64,000 nt of DNA, from NCBI GenBank assembly GCA_951406725.2, contig OX597814.1, positions 40,610,001 through 40,674,000 of the forward strand, given 5' to 3'. The notes beneath the pieces are model-generated. The model was not told the origin of the DNA. It made no database searches and saw only the letters and a list, made by a program, of their open reading frames with translations. Below, in pieces: positions 52,064-64,000 of this stretch. A program made the translations under genes and the position numbers. This DNA is from Octopus vulgaris. Taxonomy: Eukaryota. Within the stretch, counting starts at the first letter, position 1. Every line of letters starts with the position of its first letter.

Positions 52064-54304
52064 TATTAAACAAGGGTCGACGACGTCGATACTTCTTTAA
52101 TCTTGATCTTGTTTTATAACCATCGATCTAGTGGGTTTAACGATAATTATTACTTTCATAGAAATGAATGCGGTCAGCAACTTAATGTTCCTTCAGCTAT
52201 TACCTATATTATAAATGACCACATACATTCTGGTTATATATTTTTAAGAATAAAATTCCAAACCATCATAAGAATGTATGCTTGAAAAAAATATATTGTC
52301 TATGAATGCAATGTCCGAACATTTCTGACAACATTTACCGAAATTGGCGCAAACAGAAATGAATCTCAGCGCAGCGTATATAATCATGTTCAATCTTCTA
52401 AGAGGCGTGATAAAGCTTAGATTATATCGCTCACTGAAAAAGATTGGAGGAGAAAAAGTTGAGTTCTATATTACGTGGAACATAATAAAGTACGCTGCAC
52501 TGAATTATTGGAATTCCTGCAATGATCTGTCAGCTTAAACCTTTCAGCTAAGTTAAACGGGATTCGCTTCTAGTTTGTGGCTTCAAACTAATATAATTGG
52601 AAGCTGTTATCCAGTCTTGGATAGCTGCTTCCAATGCAATGTGACTCTAAACTGCATTTCCTTCTGCCAAAGAATGGAAAATGATGGAAACAAATGAATT
52701 AGAAGAAAAATAATTACAGTTGTATGATGCCTAAATTTCTCTCAGTCCTCTTCGCTGAAAACCGTATAACATTGCTTTTGTTACCTAATGAAGAATGTAT
52801 AACTGTGACAATTGCAAAACTCACTATCAGGAACGAATGGAGATTTAAATCATAATTGAATTATTCAATTACAACAATTTTTATTGATATTAAACGTGAT
52901 GATGACAGTATGTTAAACACCATGAGAAGTCACTTTTTGCAAATTTAGGTGCAAAGTAATGATTTTTATTACTACACCAAAACAGATTCAATCTGCCAAG
53001 AAAATCTGATAACTTGAACAGAAATAAAATCCAAACCTCGTTTGGGAGTTAATGAAAGTGATGCGTTCAACAACGGCCATTGCTTTTTGTTTGAATGAAT
53101 TGCAAAATGCATTCCTACGTAGAGACAAGTTGCACGTACACCAATATGCATCACAGTTAGAACAAGATGTTACATGTTTTCTTGTGGTTAAGCAGTGTGA
53201 TTTCAGATTCAAACGGTTAACAATACAGCGAGTTTGGATTTATCACTAAACTGTTACGTATTTATCTTTATTTCAAGGTAATGTATGAGTTATTCAAAAA
53301 ATAACTTGAGACATTTTAGGCGTAGGAGTTGAAAGCGGATCTACAAGTTACAGAATGAGATATATGCATAGTCAATTCCTTTGAAACTGTGTGATACTCT
53401 TTTCATAGCTCATAATGATAAAGATCAAACAGTTATCGTAGATTTTTATATTTGAACCTATTTTGTAGATGTGGACATTTGCGATGTGAAGAGAACAGAC
53501 ATAGAATCAAATTTTTTATTGATTACATAAAGACATCAATGGATCAGGAATTTATTTGCTGCCGTTATATAAACTGATTTTCAAACAGCCTGGATTTTAA
53601 GCATTTAAATGGTAGTAACATTTCCAATTCCAACGCTTGAATCTGCAATCAGCATATTATATGATGCTTGAGTAAATATTGGTAGTACTAAAATGGTAAA
53701 CTGTAATTAATTAGCTACCCTGTTAAGCAATATATTATTTAATAATTTGAAACCAGTGCAGGCGTGACCCTTATCAGCATATTAAAGTAACCTAATAATT
53801 TGGTATCATATTTTAAAGTAAAATAAACTATGACACATACTTCCGTGCCATAAGATAATTCTGCGACAATACTTCAAATAACAAAGAGACATGACTCATT
53901 TTGACGATTCGAATTTAACACTCAATATGAAATAGATTATCGATAAATGTGTAGCTTGTATTGGTGTTTGTATCTGAGACATCTATATCTATGCTATATT
54001 CATTCTTCGGAATGTAAAAGATATTCCCACCAAAGTAATCCCATGTTCATTATGCATGCACACGGGCGCACGCACACGCACACATAAACATAGTCGCAAA
54101 AACACACAGACACACAAACGTACACAAACATACATTTATGTATGTATCTGTTAGTGTGTGCATGGCATTATGTTTCTAAATTGTTGCCTACAATAAAAAA
54201 TTAAGTAAAATACGAATATCGTGTAGACATACGTAATCTAGGTTTCACACCATAGCACGCCTCTCATACGTAACTAACCCTGAGAAGAAAATTTCACAAT
54301 TATT

Positions 54305-55420
54305 TTACGATACAGAAGGTACGTAGATGACATTAATATCATAGTCACGACCAACTCTAGTAACAGTAACGTTGAAACTGAGAGGAACACAATGGTGATC
54401 ATCCAGCAATTAGCTAATTCCATCCACCAAAGTATCAAGGTAACTATAGATTACCCCACTAGGCACCATAATAATAGACTCTCCGTCCTTGATACTGAAT
54501 TTTGTTTAGAGACTGTGAAGAACAGAATGCCACTCCTCCACTCCTATTATATGAAAACCATAGCTTCGAAATATGTTGTTCACATAACTCAGCATTGTCA
54601 CACAACATGAAAATTAACATACTGATAGCAGACTTAAGATAAAGAATAACATATTCCCACTATGCAAACAATATGAAACGAAGAAACATGTACATAACTT
54701 TATGTTTCTGTACATGCAATTCTCTCGATATGATAAGAAAGATAGTGTTCAAGTATACAGGGGTGTTAGAAAGAAGTTAGACAACATTATATGTAATAAT
54801 ACCAGGGGTACCTGGCCTAGATAGAGAGGCAAAGACTGGAATAAGATACAAAGAGCTTCTGATAAAGCAAACAGGGTGAACGCGTTGTATAAAATAGACA
54901 AATATCAAAGAGTGATGTTTATAGAGGCCACCGCCCATGGCGAAATAGCCCGGAGATTTGGGAAAGCTCTGGAGTAGACCAAATTCAACATTACGATTGT
55001 TGAAAAGCTAGAGAAATTCATCAGATCACAACTATGTAGGATGTACACCTTTGAAAATACCATATGCACCAAAGATAACTACATGGTATGTACGATTAGC
55101 CCTGTCATCAACTGTTGAACTAGAAATGTAGTCTACAGCATAGGATGCATAAATGGTGCTTGTAAAGACAGGGACATAACAAACATAGGGGATATATCTA
55201 GGAGCATTGCGCAAAGACAAAGCGAAAATTTGAGACTATATGACGAGAAAAAAACAGTCCAAAATTTTCTACCAACATGCCAAGGACCAACATGGAGGTA
55301 ACCTGGATCAATTTGATATCCGTATTTTATCCAAACACGTAAATGACCCAACACTCAGACAAATACGATGAGTAGGTCCTCATAAATGAAACACCCGCAG
55401 TACTAAATAGGAAATATACG
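54305..55420 (+). pseudogene. Decayed PLE ORF (YVDD-type RT + GIY-YIG)
   Basis: RRYVDDINII (TACGTAGATGAC at 54320), ANSIHQSIKVTIDYP...LSVLDTE...YYMKTIASK, and NIGDISRSIAQRQSEN. Confidence 0.8.
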
Positions 55421-56776
55421 TAGTACATAATCACACACCTATACCCAATGTTTATATTTATATACAGGTAGAATAGTTAGTGGGCTGTTATGTAGATAGA
55501 TGTATGTATGTGTCTGTAAATGTATTTGTATATGCTCATGTATGTAGGCATGTGGATATGAAAGTAAGCAATAGACATACAGACAGATAGGTACATAGCT
55601 TATATGACCAGAGAAGCACACATACATACACATATACAAACGAAGGCTGAAACACATGACCATATACACGCACACTTCACTTCACACAAGGACACATACT
55701 GAGACACAAGTACACACATACATATATACATATGCACACAAACATTACATAAATGCATAGACACACTTACAAGCATGCCTGCATACATACATTCATACAT
55801 ATATACCTACATACATAAATACGTGTGTATGCGCACACACTGTTCTACGCACATGCACACACACTGTTCTACGCACATGCACACAAACAAACAATAAGAA
55901 CGCAGCTTGACTAACGGACGGATTCAAAAGCTATTGAAAAGTTTGCAAGGTGAATCGACAATTTTAGAAAAATAAAAATGAAAATGGGTGGAAATTTTAC
56001 CAGTGAGTGTGTATAAGGCATTAAAGAGAAGAACGCTCTCCTGACACAACATAATATGCTTCAATACACGGACTCATATAAAGAATCTTGCAAACAAAAT
56101 CCAAAAACGAAATACTCTCTAAATTTTCCTATCGCATTTTTCATTAATTGAAATACGCTTCAGAGTATAATTATTCAACGGTAATACTAAAATGTTGCTT
56201 ACAAATCCGTTCATCGCTCTATTGGGAATCTTAATGATGGCGTCGTTTCTTCGTCCCACGATGTTGTGGTCGGCATCATATTGAACACATCGTCTATGCT
56301 TCAATGAAAACTTAGGAAACACACAAATCCAAGCAGTATGGTAACAGACAAACAATTTCATATAGAATGAATATCAAAGTATGCAGCCATCACCAAATCT
56401 TTCTTCACTCATCTATGAAAGTCTGTAATTAAAAAAAGTGAGATTGAAGTACAACACTGCTTGTGAAATATACGTATTTCTAAAAAAAAAGGTATCAATG
56501 ATACCTACTATAAATATGTTTATACCAATTTAATTGATATTTTCGTGCTAATTTCCGCTCTACTGTATTGCTTGTTTTCATAGAAAAAGGAATTTCTTAT
56601 GTGCACTCACTTATTTAACTGATTCTAAAGAAATTATGCCTAAGTACGTCAGACAGGCATCGAATAGTGCCTTTTATATTATTAGCAATTCATTAATGAT
56701 AATTTCTAATCATTGCATTACCAAAGTAAACAGTTAATGCTCGAAAGATTAAGTAAACAGTTAATTAACAATATAT

Positions 56777-57395
56777 ATTTCCTACTCTAAGCGCAATGCC
56801 CGAAATGTTTGGAGAGAGCGCTAGTCGACGAGACCGACACCAGTACGCAAGTGGTACTTAATTTATCGACCCCGAAAAGCTAAAAGCAATGTCGACCTCG
56901 GCGGAATTTAAACTCAGAACGTCAAGACAGACAAAATACCGCTAAGTATTTCGCCCCGTATACTAACGTTTCCGCTAGCTCGCCGCCTTAAAAATAAATA
57001 TTTTCTACTCTAGTCACAAGGCCCGGATTTTTGGGAGGGGGACCAGTCGATTAGTTCGATTACAGCATGAAACTGGTACGTAATTTATCGACCCCGAAAC
57101 GATGAAAGAAAATTGGACCTCGGTCGAATTTGAACTCAGAACGTTCAGACAGATGAAATACTTATTTCTTTACTACCCACAAGGGGCTAAACACGGGGGA
57201 GACAAACAAGGACTGCCAGATGTGTTAAGTCGATTACATTAGCCCCAGTGCGTAACTGGTACTTAATTTACGACCCCGAAAGGATGAAAGGCAAAGTCGA
57301 CCTCATCGGAATTTGAACTCAGAACGTAACGGCTGACGAAATACGGCTAAGCATTTTGCCCGGTGCACCAATGTTTCTGCCAGTTTGGTGCCCTC
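56777..57395 (-). mobile_element. Three head-to-tail SINE copies or fragments
   Basis: GGTACTTAATTTATCGACCCCGAAA...GTCGACCTCGGCGGAATTTGAACTCAGAACGT recurs near 56853, 57075 and 57258. Confidence 0.85.
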
Positions 57396-57560
57396 TTAAT
57401 TTATTGGCTTATCAGTTGATCAACATACTGAATTTGTAAAGAAAAATTCTGCTTTGGATGGTAGAATTTTTACTAGAATGGTACATGAAATTTGTGTATT
57501 CCTACGGTGATTCCACTATATACATACATACATACATACATACAGACACACGCGAACACG

Positions 57561-57610
<50 letters not shown>

Positions 57611-58707
57611 TATGTATATATATATATTAAAACTTTGCGAAAGCAATGTAAACAATATCATTTATAATATGTTTCCATCACTTGTCTGTGTTCCAACGGG
57701 GTGGTAAAAATACTTTTGAACTGGTCATTTAGTACCTCACTGATCCTGGTTGGACTGAGAGAGACATCCTTTTGGAAGAGGGGGTCCTATCTTGCAGCGT
57801 ACTAATGATGTTTCTTTCGCATAATGAACAAAATCTTTTGGATTTAACTTAATGTATTTTACAACCCAGGCTTCTTTGCTCTCTCACTCACACAGGATTA
57901 TTTGTATGTGTGTTTGCGTGTGTAGAAATTTTGCACTCGAAATGCAACAGTTTACAGGCTATTGACCTAAAATAAATGCAGCTTCCAAAAATGATTTCTT
58001 ACTTGGTGTAAAGAGTAACAGATTAAACAAATTACTAGTTGTGTGTATCCATGTATTTTATGTCAAAATCATTTTCAATGTAGGAATATTGTGATGGCAA
58101 GAAAAATGCAAATTATATCAGATTGTTTAATAGTATGGATACGCTATAAATATGATAGTTAGTGGAACCAATTGTCTATAAAATCAATTATGATACAAGA
58201 GATCATTTACCTCTATAAAACTATAAAACCTGCTATAAAATACATTTAAATGGATTTGCGCAATTGTAGACAATGTTTTAAAAATCAATTAAACTGAGCT
58301 AAACACACCTACACACAATTTCACCCTACTGCTCACACACAACACGCACACGCACATATGTTCACTCTGATATTGCTCTCTAGTTTATAGTAATCAACAC
58401 AACAGCAGTAAAAATGTAATTGCATTTTAAGAATACTGTTTTTTATAGGCTAAACAGGATAATTATCATTGCAAATTACATTTGGTAACAAAACAAAGGT
58501 GGTTCGATTGCATACTGTTTCTCTAACTCTATACTAACCAACAGACTTTCTGAGCCTTTGCTGCATGGAGACGCATTTACTATTCTTTCATATCGTTTAC
58601 TTGTTGCAGCATTTGAACTGCAAACGAAGGGAACAATTTCTTTGGGAGAAAACATAGTACGTATTCTATCAATTTTTTTGACAAACCGCTATATTACGCG
58701 GATTTGT

Positions 58708-58892
58708 GATTTTTTTCGTCTGTCTTCTCTTACTTGGATCTTTCCTTTTCCTATGTTTCTGACGAAGAACTCCGCTCGAAACGTGAAATCCTCCTTCTGT
58801 CTTTCCTTTCCTGAGCATCCAATACCACTATACTTGTTCCATGTCCTAGCGTTGTTATGTTTTCTCTTTGTATTTTCATATTTGGATTAACT
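58708..58892 (+). mobile_element. Short pyrimidine-rich repeat with minimal HHR at 58755-58790, ending at a TA-rich tract
   Basis: GTTT-CTGACGA-A-GAAC-TCC-GCTC-GAAA-CGTG-AAAT. One stem II mismatch and G at the cleavage position. Confidence 0.6.
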
Positions 58893-58917
58893 TTACATAC
58901 TTATGTACATATATATA

Positions 58918-60238
58918 CAGTGGCGGCCAAAATGTTCAGAACGGCATTGTTTTCGTCAGAAAAGTAGGTATAATTTTTTAGCAAAGCTGTTTTATATTCT
59001 ACAATTTTCACATACAATAAATACGATATTATTTGTTATTGACCGAGATTTTGGTGTAATTTGAGAGGATAAAATAAAAGTTTAGTGATTTATTGCAAAA
59101 CCCATGGCGGCCAAAATGATCAGAACGGATGCTTTTAATCCGTGTTTTAGTATATGTTTACGTGACGAGTCGTTTACTAAACATTAGTAAGAATATTTTC
59201 AGTGTACTTTGTTAATAAAATGCCACTTACTCCGTTACCAATTCGTCAGCACATTATTAAGCTTCGAAGGAAGGAAAATTTAAGTATTGGATCTATTGCA
59301 AAGATTTTTAACAAGTCAAAAAGTGTTGTACACGGTATTCTTAAGGTCTACAATGATTGTGGTTTGTGTTTACAGGTAGACCAAGAAAAACGACCAAGAG
59401 AAAAGATCGTGCTATGGTAAAGTTGGTTAAAAAGGACAGATTTAAAACTGCTTCTGCTGTTTCTCGGAAAATGAGCATTGTATTGCAGAAAACTTTATCT
59501 CGAAAAACTGTGTCTCGTCGTTTAGTTGAACAAGCAAGAGCACCTGCAGTGCAGCCACTGATCAGCTCCAATAATAAAAAGTGTCTTCTTACCTTTGCAA
59601 CCGAACATGTGTTGTGGTCTCAAGAAAAATGGCAAACGGTGCATTTCAGTGATGAATTTAAGTTTATGTTATTTGGCCCAGATGGGAAAAGGTACGTTCG
59701 TAGAAAGGTAGGTGAAAAATTGTCGCCTAAATGCCTTAAGACTAGTGTTAAATTCGGTGGAGGAAGTGTCATTGTTTGGGGGATGATATCTGGAGATGGT
59801 GTGGGCCCTTTGGTGCGATTACATGGAAAGGTAAATGCAGGAGTTTATAAACAACTTGTAAAAGATCATGTCTTGCCTGTGCTGAGAAATTCAACTAAAC
59901 GACCACCCATATTCATGCAGGAAAAATGCCCCATGTCACAAGGCTAAGGTGGTCATGAACTTCCTCAAGGCTGAAAATGTTATTGTTATGGATTGGCCTG
60001 CTCCAATCCCAGAACGTTCGAAAGCCAGAAATCCTAAAACAACTGAGCAATTATGGAATGCCCTTCAGGAAGAATGGAATAAGATCACCCAGCAAGAAAT
60101 TGAAAATTTAAATTCCTCATGCAGTCGAAGATGTCAGAGTGAGATTGAAAATTATAGAATATAAAACTACTTTGATAAAAACTTATACTTACTTTTCTGA
60201 CGAAAACAATGCCGTTCTGATCATTTAGGCCGCAGCTG
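58918..60238 (+). mobile_element. Tc1-like transposon with IR/DR-type long TIRs and TA flanks
   Basis: 58918-59011 is the near reverse complement of ~60146-60238. An inner direct repeat TGGCGGCCAAAATGATCAGAACGG lies at ~59106. Confidence 0.9.
59220..60150 (+). pseudogene. Tc1 transposase pseudogene
   Basis: MPLTPLPIRQHII..., GRPRKTT, VHFSDEFKF, KFGGGSVIVWG, IFMQE and MDWPA, with frameshifts and a deletion of the SPDLNPIE motif. Confidence 0.9.
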
Positions 60239-60253
60239 TATATATATATATAT

Positions 60254-60709
60254 ATATTGTTATATTTCGGAATGGTCATATTGCCAGTTTAGCCAATAAA
60301 AACACACGCACTATATATTTGGTGTTATTTTGCTTCAGTGATATTTATTTTTTACATTAATCTTAATCTTATTTCGGCCAAAGTTCTTTCGTCACACTCC
60401 TGTGACCGCATCAGTGGTCCTTTGTTTTCTTCTCACTTACTTGTGTCTCTCCTTACTAACCGTCAGGCATTTTGTATTTCTAGAAATACAAAATGGCTGA
60501 CGGTTAGTAAGGAGAGACACAAGTAAGTGAGAAGAAAACAAAGGACCACTGATGCGGTCACAGGAGTGTGACGAAAGAACTTTGGCCGAAATAAGATTAA
60601 GATTAATGTAAAAAATAAATATCACTGAAGCAAAATAACACCAAATATATAGTGCGTGTGTTTTTATTGGCTAAACTGGCAATATGACCATTCCGAAATA
60701 TAACAATAT
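60254..60709. repeat. 456-bp spacerless palindrome (228-bp arms, one mismatch)
   Basis: Centre TTTCT|AGAAA at 60481/60482; the single mismatch is 60467 versus 60496. Confidence 0.97.
60543..60587 (+). ncRNA. Variant minimal hammerhead-like motif (mirror copy at 60376-60420, minus strand)
   Basis: GGACCA-CTGATGC-G-GTCACA-GGAG-TGTGAC-GAAA-GAACTT-TGGCC. Perfect 6-bp stem II, C instead of A at core position 9. Confidence 0.55.
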
Positions 60710-60762
60710 CTGTTTCAACACACGACTTCACATAAAAAATCTTGCACAACAAATATTTAAAC

Positions 60763-60802
<40 letters not shown>

Positions 60803-61584
60803 CTCTTCTTGCATTTTCACCCTACTAAATACACTCACGAGGCCTTGGTGGGCCCGAACTACATAAGAAGACGTGTGCCTAACGTACCACTTTGTAGGGT
60901 TGAATCCAGAAGCGTGTTGTTTGTTAGTAAATTACTTAACACATTGCCACACCTGTTTCTCTACATCTATTTCACATTCACGATTGCAACCACTTGAGCT
61001 GAGATATTAAAATATCGGCGTTGGGCATTGTGATGCCACGTTATCTGATCAAATCATTAAATATATTAGGGAACAGTAATACATTAACGCTCCTTAGTTA
61101 CTCATAGGAATTTGCAAATCCAACCTAAAATTCCCCTGCTCTCTTCTAAGATGAACGTCGCCTCTGCATCGTTTCATAGACAGATCTGAATATAGCGTAG
61201 TAAAAATTGAATGTGTAATAAATCAGGTAGTTGTATCCATACAATCCATCATACTTGCAATTTTAACAGCAGTATAATTGAAACCTTCTGCCATTAATCA
61301 TATCAATCACAGGAGTTCGCAGTGTGCCTCCGCTAAATTCTTGGGCAAGCAAACTTCAAGTATTACTCCACACTCCTGCTCTGCTGCAACAGAACAAAAT
61401 AAAGTATTCATGTTTTTAGCAAGTAGTATGTGAATGTGCCGCTTCTTAATAATGCGAAATTTCATCAATTAATATTGAAACAAACTGATAAGTCTTTCAT
61501 GCATTCATGGAATCAGAAATAAGACATATTTCTTTCTAGTTTTCAAGTTGTAGATTATTCGCAATATGTTGATTATTGATCTGC

Positions 61585-62197
61585 GTCTTTATATAGCTAT
61601 GGTGCGACCTCACCTACAATTTGCATCACTGGTCTGGAAATCTTATCTTGACCAGGATATTAATTGTCTGGAAATCGTTCAGCGACGTGCAACCAAGAGA
61701 ATACCCTCCATCAGGCATTTGCCATATTCTGAACGCCTTACTTCCCTGGGCATGGATACACTGAAACTTCGACGTCTGGCTGCTGACTTGGCAGACACCC
61801 ATAAAATTATTTACCATCTTACAAACAATAACTCTGTGCACCTTTTCAAACTCCACCTGTCTAACACCCGTGGACATGTTCACAAAATCAGAAGACAGCG
61901 CAGCTTCCATGACTTTCGGAAAAATTTTTTCACGCTAGGAGTAGCTGTAGTACGGAACAAACTGCCGGCATCAGCTGTTAGTTCTCGGAGCACTGCAACC
62001 TTCAAAACTTCCATGCTTCCTGAGATTCGCCAAAACTACACCTGATTTTCTCCCATCCATACACACACAAGCATGTATCTGACTCATACATTGTTCACTT
62101 TCCAGACATTTGTACATTACTGCATATGCTTTATACGCACTTTTAACAAGTTGTGATGCACCTGGGCACTGTATATAATGATTTCATTATCATTATA
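61585..62197 (+). mobile_element. CR1-clade LINE, 5'-truncated 3' end
   Basis: LYIAMVRPHLQFASLVW...LEIVQRRATK...YSERL...LKLRRL...NTRGH...RKNFFT; the 3' UTR ends in ATTTCATTATCATTAT. Confidence 0.9.
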
Positions 62198-63099
62198 CGC
62201 CACGCTATTTTATGATATACAAACATAGTAATTTTTGCCAATCTTCATATGATATATTTGTGCAATGTTAATATAGTAAATTTTCAATCGTTTCATGATA
62301 CGTAGCCAATAAGTAAAGCAACAGGCATCTGCCAGATGCTTTCAGACACCTGATGCCGTCTCTGATTACTTACAATACCTTATTCATTTAGAAATCTAGA
62401 AATAAACTGAACAAGGGAGCTTAAATAATCGGTGATCATATAAGAATGTATATGAAATTGAATTTAAAGAATATTCTACAAATATCACAAATGTTTACAA
62501 GACCTCGGAAAAGACTTGAATATTCAAAACTTTTATGAGTTTTTTTTTTAATGCAGATTCTCCATGGATCAATCTTCAATGGTTCTATCTTTTTAGTATA
62601 AGGGGCATTTAAATAAGGTATGAATCAAATACACACATCGCATATGTGTTACAGACAGCAAAACATTTAGTGCTGATAAATACAAAAATAAAAGGACTTT
62701 TGTTGCATTAGGATACGTATCACCTGTATCGAAAACTCTAAATGTGATAACATTTTGTGGCCATCAATAAACGCGCACACAAACATAATATGTATGCCAC
62801 ATATTCCAGCAAAACTAGAAACCAGTAATTAAGTATTACCCTAGTAGAATAAGATTCGTAATTAAGACAGACATGCAATAACGGTATATGTAATCACCAT
62901 AAGACAAGATGATATAAACAGGTTCACACTTGCGAGAATGATGGTAAACTCACAATAAAAGACTCAAACGTAAATAAGATTCCCAACCACGGTATATCAA
63001 ACAGGTATGAAAATCAAAGGCTACATTGGTGTCTACTATTGGGGATTACCATTCAACTCAGTAGAGTTAGCAGCGTTAAAATCATAAACATAACCTGGT

Positions 63100-63500
63100 T
63101 ATTAATATTATAAGTAGTAGGAGCGGAAAATGTGCGTATTATGTCCATTACGTATACACCCAGTTTTTATTACAATTACCAACATCGAATATAAACAAAA
63201 TCGTATTAAAGTGTGATTACAAAGCTGGAAATTAAAAACAAGTATCTATAATCGGAGAAACTTCTCCCAGAAGAGGACATCATAATCTCAAGTATTACAG
63301 AAGATAATAGAACTTGAAAATTAAATGGATTAAGCAAAATTTCCTCAACAAGAAAATCATATCATGTCAAAAAATAACAACCCAAGGAATAACAAAACTA
63401 GAACTTCAAAGATATGAATTAATTCGCGAACATACACAAGGGGATATGCAGTTCCACATTCTAAAACACATTCTAAATAAGTCAACACTCCAAGAGAAGT
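63100..63500 (+). pseudogene. Possible decayed GIY-YIG (PLE) remnant
   Basis: IIGETS and HTQGDMQFHIL fragments; weak. Confidence 0.3.
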
Positions 63501-63591
63501 AACATTTTAATTTGCCGATGTCGTTTCATTTCTAGCGTTACATTAGTTAGTTTCCAGCATTACATACTTCAACATTGTTGTGATGTGAGAG

Positions 63592-63754
63592 TGCTGTTCA
63601 TGTCACGTTCACATTATAGATAAAGTCCACATTATTCAGCAAGCAAGTGCCCAATGTGTCGTTTTCCTTGGTTAGCGCCTGAATATACCCTGCTCCTTGA
63701 ACATTGAGTCAGTATATTCAAGTATCGACTCAACATGCTTCTGTTCATGTAGTG

Positions 63755-63832
<78 letters not shown>

Positions 63833-64000
63833 GCATGTATGTATGTATGTATGTATGTATGTATGTATATATACATACATACTTATATGCTATTCATGAA
63901 GCAAGTTACAGTGGCACCAACCTGGGGAAACTATACATTTGACATTTGCTTCATAAAAAATGTGGACCTTATCCATAATGTGAAGGTGACACGAAAAGCA
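63592..64000. repeat. Diverged ~110-bp inverted repeat (63592-63702 / 63893-64000) around (TA)n(TATG)n
   Basis: TGTCACGTTCACATTATAGATAAAGTCCACATT versus AATGTGGACCTTATCCATAATGTGAAGGTGACA. Confidence 0.8.

Overview
AT-rich, microsatellite-dense animal genomic DNA, intronic or intergenic. The SINE and repeat families look like octopus/cephalopod repeats; this is recalled resemblance, not a database result. No host protein-coding gene can be recognised, and most ORF-track entries are microsatellite read-through. The window is mostly decayed mobile elements: Tc1/mariner, maT, Tigger/pogo and hAT DNA transposons, a CR1 LINE 3' end, an RTE-like short element, many tRNA-derived SINEs, and numerous Penelope-like element (PLE) remnants. 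One PLE is young, with an open 382-aa RT(YRDD)+GIY-YIG frame of Naiad type. The most notable structure is about a dozen type-I hammerhead ribozyme (HHR) motifs from several unrelated short repeat families, often near a (TA)n or related tract. They include a tRNA-headed SINE with an HHR in its tail. Several fold-back (palindromic) insertions have junctions that suggest cDNA self-priming. Together these suggest a (TA)n-associated PLE/HHR retroposition ecosystem with Pol III passengers. All calls were made by eye and ribozyme activity is untested.
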